A DNA stretch of 64,000 nt from Haliotis cracherodii (lineage: Eukaryota), in NCBI RefSeq assembly GCF_022045235.1, contig NW_027266264.1, positions 78,368,001 to 78,432,000 of the forward strand, in the 5' to 3' direction. Of this stretch, positions 60,901 through 64,000 are shown piece after piece. Position numbers and translations under genes: made by a program. Every line of letters begins with the position of its first letter. The first letter of the stretch is position 1. Under the pieces are notes generated by a model, which was not told the origin of the DNA, did no database searches, and was given only the letters and a program-made list of their open reading frames with translations.

Positions 60901-63331
60901 ACCAGTGATTGATAATACACAAATGAACACAGGGGGTTCAGAATTGTATGTAACCTATTCTAATGACATGAATCCCAAATGTTGAGTATTTAATAAATGG
61001 GGGACTAATTAAGTTACTGTCCACATGAGAATTGTAACATCAACATGACTAGATTGATACTTCCGGAGATAGATATGTTTTATATGAGCATAATACTGAA
61101 TCACCCCAAGCATGTTGTTCTATGTATCAATGTACCATTGTGATCATGAGAATTAACAAAATATGCATCAATTCGATGCTAAAGTGATGCAATTTGAAGG
61201 TGTGCAAGAAACAGATTACTGTTTGTGTAATACCAAAACATGTGCTTATGTACTCTCGGAACACGTTTCTAGAACAAATATTGAAAGCTCTCATCATCCC
61301 TTGGCTTATTCAATGACTTTGCGAGTGGAAATGATAGATCACTGAGAGGAGCTTATGCACAGTCGATGACCCCAGCAACCTTGTTGCTAGGCTGACGTCA
61401 CATGGCATTGTTTCCTCGAAGGATCTTGCAACAAAATTCCACAAATTACGTCATCGGGTATTGTGACGTGATTGTAAACTTTGAGGTGCTAGGCCCCGTT
61501 CCACGAGGCCATCGTACTGTAGCGCAATGACCGTCGTTGGTCTAAGTTAAAGTATGTGAGTTGTGATAACCTTAATGCTACGATAATTTTGTGGAACGGA
61601 CGCCTAAATTCTAAAGGTGGGCAGTTGTATGGTATTAAATTCATACGTTTCAACTTTTGACGTGTTTGAAGTATTATTGTGTTAAACTCAATTAGATTAT
61701 GCCGTGGATCGTGTAGGTGTCAGCCTATTCACACTCAACAGTATAATTCTAAAAACGTTATAAATGGCAAGTAATAAATAAAATACTAAACTCACTCCCT
61801 GCGAGTCAGATACCACAACTATTCACTCGTTTCATAAAAATGGTATTACACGGGAGTCAGTTTAATATTCTATATGTATCAGGTCTGTTGTATTATAAGA
61901 CAATGTTGCACCTGTCCTGTAGAGGTGAGAGCCAATGAGGACTGACTGCCACATGCAACCTTCCTGATGTACATCCCAATAAAAGCTTCGATCACTTTGG
62001 GCTTATACTGACGATTCATATCTCCATGCCCAAGTTTGCCTGTGGACAAGAAATCAAACTGTAGAATGCTGCGATAGATTATGTTTACATAGAAACACAT
62101 TATTTAATAACAAATCCTTTCAAAGAGAAATAATTTGGATTTGTTTGTTTGTTGTTTAATGCCGCACTCAAAAATATACCAGCTATATGACGGCGGTCTG
62201 TAAAGAATCGTGTCTGGACCAGACAATCCAGTGATTGACATCAAGAGCATTGATCCACGCAATTGGGATACAATGACATGCATCAACCAAGTCAGCAACC
62301 ATGTCCATCCAATCCCATTTGTTGCCTCTTACGACAAGCAAAGTCGCCTTTAGGGCAAGCAAGGGTTGCTGAAGACCTATTCTACCCTGGATCTTCAGGT
62401 CAAATAATTAGGAATTTTAAGGGAGACTAGCCACAGCAAATTGGAAGTCCTGGCAAGTTTCATTCAAGTCGTTCAAACATTTAATAATTATGAGTACCCC
62501 GGAACCCTAATTCTATGGAGACAAATGTCTCAGTTCCATAGTACAGTCCCTCTTTAGTCTCCATCTCACACTTAATGTCAGTATTTTGTATAATACTTCC
62601 AAAGCTAGAATGATCCTTCTGAGATTTCATACCATTATCTCCTCCTCCAAATGACCAGACAGTCTTTCCATCCTGTGAGACAGCAATAGTATGAGAGCTG
62701 CCACAAGCAACCTGCCCCACACCTGATATGTCCTTCACATGGCGTGGCAAACTCCGGCTAGAACTATCTCCGTGTCCTAGCAATCACAAATGTTGGCTTC
62801 ATCATATAATCTAGATGTGCACTGATTGTGATCACAGTTATAAGAATAACTTGGCATTATACATTGTTTGAATTACCTATATGTGAACTATTCTACCACC
62901 ATTCTAAAGTCGTACATTTGCATTTCAAAACTTCTGAAGAAAAGAAAAAATACCTCAGCTATCAATGATCAGGATGAAACATAAAATGTAAAATCAGTTC
63001 TATTTCTAAAATAATGGAATGTTAATTCTTGACTAACCACATCTCTATTTGTGCAGAGTAACATGAACAATTAACATCTGAAAAAACTAATCTCATTTTA
63101 AACATGAACTTAAATCATCACAGAATTCATACAGGATGCTCTTCCTATGTAAATTTCCTGAACCTGTATTAAAAAAATATAGAAAGATAATTAAACTATG
63201 TTAGCATAATTAAAGTCCAGCACTTTTCACATACCAAGCCTTCCATAGTCTCCCTCCCCCCACGTATACAGCTCCCCATCCTCCGTGACAGCAGCACTGT
63301 GTCTGTAGCCAGCTGACACACATTTCACCAC
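9790..63331 (-). CDS. HERC1: HERC1 E3 ubiquitin-protein ligase, multi-exon gene, 5'-partial (72 coding exons in window)
   Basis: 72 GT-AG exons join in one frame. Domain order is RCC1-like repeats, SPRY, UBA-like, WD40, RCC1-like repeats, HECT. The C-terminus [11 protein letters not shown]...[10 protein letters not shown] matches HERC1, and SPRY plus WD40 distinguishes it from HERC2. Confidence 0.97.
10151..10322 (-). CDS. HERC1: HERC1 exon 71 (HECT C-lobe)
   Basis: [28 protein letters not shown]. Confidence 0.95.
10345..10497 (-). mobile_element. SINE family A, degenerate
   Basis: Head similar to 60304-60495. Confidence 0.65.
10685..10818 (-). CDS. HERC1: HERC1 exon 70 (HECT)
   Basis: [21 protein letters not shown]...VCG. 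Confidence 0.94.
11512..11664 (-). CDS. HERC1: HERC1 exon 69 (HECT)
   Basis: [11 protein letters not shown]...NRKEYVER...HEMDKQ. Confidence 0.93.
12739..12819 (-). CDS. HERC1: HERC1 exon 68 (HECT)
   Basis: [27 protein letters not shown]. Confidence 0.92.
13118..13289 (-). CDS. HERC1: HERC1 exon 67 (HECT)
   Basis: FLLNPS...[24 protein letters not shown]. Confidence 0.95.
13455..13531 (-). CDS. HERC1: HERC1 exon 66 (HECT)
   Basis: [25 protein letters not shown]. Confidence 0.93.
14020..14185 (-). CDS. HERC1: HERC1 exon 65 (HECT)
   Basis: [25 protein letters not shown]. Confidence 0.95.
14263..14497 (-). mobile_element. SINE family B, degenerate
   Basis: Shares the TGATGCAGGTCTCAGAC body with the 32955 copy. 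Confidence 0.75.
14537..14703 (-). CDS. HERC1: HERC1 exon 64
   Basis: [24 protein letters not shown]. Confidence 0.93.
14907..15137 (-). CDS. HERC1: HERC1 exon 63 (end of RLD2)
   Basis: [16 protein letters not shown]... Confidence 0.93.
15280..15524 (-). CDS. HERC1: HERC1 exon 62 (RLD2)
   Basis: RLIGQ...[15 protein letters not shown]. Confidence 0.94.
15755..15884 (-). mobile_element. tRNA-headed SINE fragment, V-SINE/RUDI-like
   Basis: Head TGGTTTAGTGGTAGAGCG...GGTTC followed by TGTGTCCGAGTGG...CAGTGGACTAGCAC; family match is from recollection. Confidence 0.5.
16324..16549 (-). CDS. HERC1: HERC1 exon 61 (RLD2)
   Basis: [15 protein letters not shown]...VFTWGQ. Confidence 0.95.
17109..17264 (-). 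CDS. HERC1: HERC1 exon 60 (RLD2)
   Basis: [29 protein letters not shown]. Confidence 0.95.
17377..17790. mobile_element. Tc1/mariner (pogo/Tigger-like) transposon end fragment
   Basis: TA-CCGTA terminus with GTGTATAAGGCGA / TCGTCTTATACAC subterminal inverted motif; CpG-rich; right boundary approximate. Confidence 0.45.
17846..18115 (-). mobile_element. Retroposon family C, full length
   Basis: High similarity to other C copies. Confidence 0.9.
19078..19259 (-). CDS. HERC1: HERC1 exon 59 (RLD2)
   Basis: [29 protein letters not shown]. Confidence 0.95.
19863..20001 (-). CDS. HERC1: HERC1 exon 58 (RLD2)
   Basis: [31 protein letters not shown]. Confidence 0.95.
20357..20548 (-). CDS. HERC1: HERC1 exon 57 (start of RLD2)
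   Basis: [16 protein letters not shown]...WGSGRHGQ. Confidence 0.94.
20834..20982 (-). CDS. HERC1: HERC1 exon 56
   Basis: [19 protein letters not shown]; phase-1 acceptor CCACAG/CC. Confidence 0.85.
21150..21297 (-). mobile_element. SINE family A, degenerate
   Basis: Similarity to other A copies. Confidence 0.7.
21678..21813 (-). CDS. HERC1: HERC1 exon 55
   Basis: [25 protein letters not shown]. Confidence 0.92.
22069..22242 (-). CDS. HERC1: HERC1 exon 54
   Basis: [11 protein letters not shown]...LQEQYLHEK. Confidence 0.9.
22403..22501 (-). CDS. HERC1: HERC1 exon 53 (WD40)
   Basis: [19 protein letters not shown]...CFSRSK. Confidence 0.9.
23198..23380 (-). CDS. HERC1: HERC1 exon 52 (WD40)
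   Basis: [23 protein letters not shown]...NIWSLQ. Confidence 0.9.
23728..23967 (+). mobile_element. Retroposon family C, full length, antisense to HERC1
   Basis: TSD ATTAAAAT(T/A)AGT. Confidence 0.92.
24100..24208 (-). CDS. HERC1: HERC1 exon 51 (WD40)
   Basis: [14 protein letters not shown]. Confidence 0.87.
24569..25482 (+). mobile_element. Helentron-type non-autonomous element (HINE/pearl-like) with internal ~171-bp tandem array
   Basis: AACAAG 5' end, four full repeat units, (GGAC/GGAA)n microsatellite, 3' hairpin TATCCCC...GGGGATA. Confidence 0.85.
24684..25390. repeat. Tandem repeat, 170-172-bp unit, about 4.1 copies
   Basis: Unit starts at 24684, 24856, 25027, 25198 and 25368. Confidence 0.95.
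26125..26327 (-). CDS. HERC1: HERC1 exon 50 (WD40)
   Basis: [19 protein letters not shown]. Confidence 0.92.
27375..27499 (-). CDS. HERC1: HERC1 exon 49 (WD40)
   Basis: [21 protein letters not shown]. Confidence 0.92.
27570..27790 (-). mobile_element. Retroposon family C, degenerate
   Basis: Partial similarity to the C consensus. Confidence 0.65.
27966..28169 (-). CDS. HERC1: HERC1 exon 48 (WD40)
   Basis: [14 protein letters not shown]...[10 protein letters not shown]. Confidence 0.92.
28500..28702 (-). CDS. HERC1: HERC1 exon 47 (WD40)
   Basis: [12 protein letters not shown]...MINIWII. Confidence 0.92.
28972..29220 (-). mobile_element. Retroposon family C, full length
   Basis: TSD CCATGCTGTT. 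Confidence 0.92.
29404..29698 (-). CDS. HERC1: HERC1 exon 46 (start of WD40)
   Basis: [24 protein letters not shown]...LEAHQNR...LLAS. Confidence 0.9.
29897..30109 (-). mobile_element. Retroposon family C
   Basis: Similarity to the C consensus; single hairpin module. Confidence 0.85.
30236..30419 (-). CDS. HERC1: HERC1 exon 45
   Basis: [10 protein letters not shown]...[13 protein letters not shown]. Confidence 0.9.
30908..31130 (-). CDS. HERC1: HERC1 exon 44
   Basis: [31 protein letters not shown]. Confidence 0.9.
31352..31750. repeat. Tandem repeat, 122-bp unit, about 3.3 copies, containing the exon 43 3' end and donor
   Basis: Unit starts at 31352, 31474, 31596 and 31718. Confidence 0.96.
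31685..31859 (-). CDS. HERC1: HERC1 exon 43 (3' end tandemly duplicated downstream)
   Basis: [42 protein letters not shown]. Confidence 0.9.
32048..32236 (-). CDS. HERC1: HERC1 exon 42
   Basis: [10 protein letters not shown]...[22 protein letters not shown]. Confidence 0.9.
32334..32561 (-). CDS. HERC1: HERC1 exon 41
   Basis: [10 protein letters not shown]...[18 protein letters not shown]. Confidence 0.9.
32955..33232 (+). mobile_element. tRNA-derived SINE family B, full length
   Basis: A box TGGCCCAGTCG at 32967, B box GGTTCGAATCC at 33044, (ACTC)n tail, TSD CTTAAATCC. Confidence 0.92.
33305..33407 (-). CDS. HERC1: HERC1 exon 40 (Cys/His motif)
   Basis: [24 protein letters not shown]. 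Confidence 0.88.
34132..34292 (-). CDS. HERC1: HERC1 exon 39
   Basis: [11 protein letters not shown]...PSRDVSE; donor GAG/GTGAGC keeps phase. Confidence 0.8.
34425..34579 (-). CDS. HERC1: HERC1 exon 38
   Basis: [12 protein letters not shown]...IRSFLTA. Confidence 0.85.
34873..35032 (-). CDS. HERC1: HERC1 exon 37 (end of UBA-like)
   Basis: [22 protein letters not shown]. Confidence 0.9.
35345..35553 (-). CDS. HERC1: HERC1 exon 36 (Pro-rich, UBA-like)
   Basis: [38 protein letters not shown]. Confidence 0.92.
35925..36048 (+). mobile_element. Retroposon family C, 5'-truncated
   Basis: 3' half and (AAAC)n tail abutting the exon 35 donor. Confidence 0.75.
36053..36224 (-). CDS. HERC1: HERC1 exon 35
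   Basis: [10 protein letters not shown]...YMRTSS; phase 1-2. Confidence 0.82.
36935..37944 (-). CDS. HERC1: HERC1 exon 34 (1010 nt, acidic low-complexity centre)
   Basis: [11 protein letters not shown]...[15 protein letters not shown]; lies in the 347-aa ORF. Confidence 0.93.
38763..38926 (-). CDS. HERC1: HERC1 exon 33
   Basis: [21 protein letters not shown]. Confidence 0.92.
39229..39350 (-). CDS. HERC1: HERC1 exon 32
   Basis: [13 protein letters not shown]...LDWLCQE; phase 1-0. Confidence 0.82.
39543..39706 (-). mobile_element. SINE family A, full length
   Basis: A and B boxes, (ACTC)n tail, TSD AATTATATTG. Confidence 0.93.
40212..40452 (-). CDS. HERC1: HERC1 exon 31
   Basis: [22 protein letters not shown]. 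Confidence 0.92.
40743..40781 (+). mobile_element. Solo 3' hairpin of a HINE-type element
   Basis: Near-identical to 54110-54148. Confidence 0.7.
40998..41081 (-). CDS. HERC1: HERC1 exon 30 (SPRY)
   Basis: [28 protein letters not shown]. Confidence 0.93.
41349..41588 (-). CDS. HERC1: HERC1 exon 29 (SPRY)
   Basis: [18 protein letters not shown]...[15 protein letters not shown]. Confidence 0.94.
42135..42454 (+). mobile_element. HINE-type element, same family as 24569, about one core unit
   Basis: Nearly identical 5' end and identical 3' hairpin. Confidence 0.85.
42496..42801 (-). CDS. HERC1: HERC1 exon 28 (start of SPRY)
   Basis: [14 protein letters not shown]...FDPEKC...SGCYQWK. Confidence 0.93.
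43472..43575 (-). CDS. HERC1: HERC1 exon 27
   Basis: [23 protein letters not shown]. Confidence 0.9.
44566..44724 (-). CDS. HERC1: HERC1 exon 26
   Basis: ...[19 protein letters not shown]. Confidence 0.88.
44871..45068 (+). mobile_element. SINE family B, degenerate and internally deleted
   Basis: Head GGGTGGCTAAGTTGTTAAAGATGCTGCAATT and AACTCACTC tail. Confidence 0.6.
45319..45443 (-). CDS. HERC1: HERC1 exon 25
   Basis: [22 protein letters not shown]. Confidence 0.9.
45984..46224 (-). CDS. HERC1: HERC1 exon 24
   Basis: [31 protein letters not shown]. Confidence 0.9.
46556..46676 (-). CDS. HERC1: HERC1 exon 23
   Basis: [22 protein letters not shown]. Confidence 0.9.
46925..47090 (-). mobile_element. 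SINE family A, full length
   Basis: TSD ATTATCATCAGT; inserted next to the tail of an older SINE-like fragment (about 46800-46915). Confidence 0.9.
47140..47337 (-). CDS. HERC1: HERC1 exon 22
   Basis: [16 protein letters not shown]...QLYHYQ. Confidence 0.9.
48226..48491 (-). CDS. HERC1: HERC1 exon 21
   Basis: [15 protein letters not shown]...[10 protein letters not shown]. Confidence 0.87.
48573..48777. mobile_element. MITE, hAT-like
   Basis: Imperfect TIR CAGGGACAGACAC / GTGTCTACCCCTG; repeated ACTAGT subterminal motifs; no TSD seen. Confidence 0.5.
49103..49169 (-). CDS. HERC1: HERC1 exon 20
   Basis: [22 protein letters not shown]; phase 0-1 links its neighbours. Confidence 0.75.
49283..49374 (-). 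CDS. HERC1: HERC1 exon 19
   Basis: [30 protein letters not shown]. Confidence 0.78.
49418..49665 (-). mobile_element. SINE family B
   Basis: Reverse-complement similarity to 32955-33232. Confidence 0.8.
49912..49986 (-). CDS. HERC1: HERC1 exon 18 (symmetric, low complexity)
   Basis: [24 protein letters not shown]; phase 1-1, good splice sites. Confidence 0.72.
50247..50369 (-). CDS. HERC1: HERC1 exon 17
   Basis: DEDSQSC...[13 protein letters not shown]. Confidence 0.86.
50549..50813 (-). mobile_element. Retroposon family C, full length
   Basis: TSD TTTCATTACTG. Confidence 0.92.
51259..51512 (-). CDS. HERC1: HERC1 exon 16
   Basis: [19 protein letters not shown]...; phase 2-1. Confidence 0.86.
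52690..52915. mobile_element. Dispersed DNA-element fragment, homologous to 61280-61630
   Basis: Shared ATCACTGAGAGGAGCTTATGCACA and GCAACAAAAT..ACAAATTAC blocks. Confidence 0.7.
53221..53335 (-). CDS. HERC1: HERC1 exon 15
   Basis: [27 protein letters not shown]. Confidence 0.9.
53621..54148 (+). mobile_element. HINE-type element, related family with ~169-bp core, about 2 copies
   Basis: AACAAG start, GTTGCCATGGAAAC core motif, (GACG)n, 3' hairpin TATCCCCCGCC...GGCGGGGGATA. Confidence 0.85.
54315..54378. repeat. (GTGTGG)n(GCGTGG)n microsatellite
   Basis: Direct hexamer repeats. Confidence 0.93.
54486..54610 (+). mobile_element. Retroposon family C, internally deleted
   Basis: Head and tail joined, middle missing. 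Confidence 0.85.
54686..54865 (-). CDS. HERC1: HERC1 exon 14
   Basis: [13 protein letters not shown]...DYAEYQ. Confidence 0.87.
55041..55241 (-). CDS. HERC1: HERC1 exon 13
   Basis: ...[24 protein letters not shown]; a second in-phase acceptor is possible about 15 nt inside. Confidence 0.86.
   Translation of the reverse strand: MGVHQEEGVKFTGAGLWTWSGHVPLLLVTVLAVCYWEHLFLSVRRSHHTGLRADSSVMGWKCLSWI
55495..55754 (-). mobile_element. Retroposon family C, full length
   Basis: High similarity to the C consensus. Confidence 0.92.
55975..56163 (-). CDS. HERC1: HERC1 exon 12
   Basis: [19 protein letters not shown]... Confidence 0.9.
56649..56781 (-). CDS. HERC1: HERC1 exon 11
   Basis: [17 protein letters not shown]... 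Confidence 0.88.
57429..57584 (-). CDS. HERC1: HERC1 exon 10
   Basis: [13 protein letters not shown]...LQKHLLAFC. Confidence 0.88.
58121..58306 (-). CDS. HERC1: HERC1 exon 9
   Basis: [13 protein letters not shown]...LRNLASHT. Confidence 0.92.
58538..58663 (-). CDS. HERC1: HERC1 exon 8
   Basis: [32 protein letters not shown]. Confidence 0.92.
58938..59103 (-). CDS. HERC1: HERC1 exon 7
   Basis: [24 protein letters not shown]...LVQE. Confidence 0.92.
59621..59755 (-). CDS. HERC1: HERC1 exon 6
   Basis: [18 protein letters not shown]... Confidence 0.92.
60067..60238 (-). CDS. HERC1: HERC1 exon 5 (end of RLD1)
   Basis: [18 protein letters not shown]...AWTALPLDR. Confidence 0.93.
60304..60495 (-). 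mobile_element. SINE family A, young full-length copy
   Basis: Perfect 12-bp TSD GAAGGTACAGGA; CpG-rich; internal tandem expansion of CCAGCAATATT. Confidence 0.94.
60610..60754 (-). CDS. HERC1: HERC1 exon 4 (RLD1)
   Basis: [13 protein letters not shown]...[14 protein letters not shown]. Confidence 0.92.
61280..61870. mobile_element. Dispersed DNA element hosting a nested MITE
   Basis: Homology to 52690-52915; boundaries approximate. Confidence 0.65.
61492..61604. mobile_element. MITE, PIF/Harbinger-like
   Basis: TIR GGCCCCGTTCCAC / GTGGAACGGACGCC, TA-containing flanks; absent from the paralogous site near 52890. Confidence 0.72.
61912..62039 (-). CDS. HERC1: HERC1 exon 3 (RLD1)
   Basis: [19 protein letters not shown]...TSTGQ. 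Confidence 0.93.
62140..62401 (-). mobile_element. Retroposon family C, full length
   Basis: TSD AAATAATT(T/A)GGA. Confidence 0.92.
62633..62776 (-). CDS. HERC1: HERC1 exon 2 (RLD1)
   Basis: [29 protein letters not shown]; phase 1-1. Confidence 0.93.
63235..63331 (-). CDS. HERC1: HERC1 exon 1 of window (RLD1)
   Basis: [32 protein letters not shown]; AG/GT flanks. Confidence 0.93.
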
Positions 63332-63427
63332 CTGCAGCACAAACACCATTTGATATTCTGACATTATGGCTGTGACATATCATGTTCGTAGTGCCTAATA
63401 TAAAAGATGTAAAAAATTAATTTTAGG

Positions 63428-63736
63428 ATAAATTGTATATTTATATACTTATCCCATCCTACGCTATGCATTTATTCTTTCGATCCTATGTGGCAATGTG
63501 CTTGAATAAAGTTTCCACCTTCTAAAAAACAATTCACCCGAACACACCCCAGCATCACTATGGTCACCACCCAAATTGGGTCACGCACAACTCTTGTACC
63601 ACTCATTGAACATGTGATCACGCTAGGTACCTCATTCTCTTTCTAGAGCCAACAGGCTAGAGGAGCTGTGATGTGGGGATGGTCGGACGGACAAAAAATG
63701 TGTGAGATAGGATAAGTATATGAATATATAATTTAT
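63428..63736. mobile_element. Inverted-repeat element (MITE-like)
   Basis: Imperfect inverted termini of about 36 bp, ATAAATT(G/A)TATATT(T/C)ATATACTTATCC. Confidence 0.65.
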
Positions 63737-64000
63737 TGTAAAATGTACAAATTGTTACAATTATCCTTTCTCACACTATGCACTTATCCCATGGTTGGAT
63801 GGTGGGGCGCAGATAATCTAGCCTGTAGGAGACTACAACCATAAGATATACACAAGGAAGCAGGTGCTGTCCAGTGAAATAAACAAATTATGTAACACTG
63901 ACTGAAGTAGTAAGACAAAAACTCATGAGCAGGAAAACACACCAAATAAGTGATACAATCCTGATAATTTAATGAAACGCATGAGATCGGGAATAACATG

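Noticed and set aside
4426-62298. Recurrent short ORFs such as [13 protein letters not shown] and [10 protein letters not shown]
   Set aside because: They are translations of family C retroposon copies, not genes.
9979-63234. Minor-spliceosome or GC-AG introns in HERC1
   Set aside because: All inferred introns are GT-AG and none has the GTATCCTT U12-type donor.

Overview
This is AT-rich, intron-rich animal genomic DNA. The SINE and Helentron-type repeats suggest a mollusc, possibly a gastropod; that assignment is an inference. Positions 9790-63331 hold the 3' portion of a HERC1 giant HECT E3 ligase gene on the minus strand. I hand-spliced 72 GT-AG exons (12,786 nt, about 4,261 aa plus stop) into one phase-consistent ORF: part of RLD1, SPRY, UBA-like, Cys/His motif, WD40, RLD2 and HECT. 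The start of the gene lies beyond the right edge of the window. Introns and flanks carry three retroposon families with a shared 3' tail, Helentron-type non-autonomous elements with ~170-bp internal repeats, MITEs and a Penelope-like fragment. The most notable observations are: (1) a duplicated ~315-nt plus-strand element at 1.45 and 3.49 kb whose stems show compensatory changes, a candidate unannotated structured RNA; (2) a tRNA-less, TSD-flanked retroposon with a precise, structured 5' end; (3) a 122-bp tandem duplication that triplicates a HERC1 splice donor; (4) an atypical hammerhead-like motif in the Penelope-like remnant. All coordinates were read by eye and no searches or folding programs were run.
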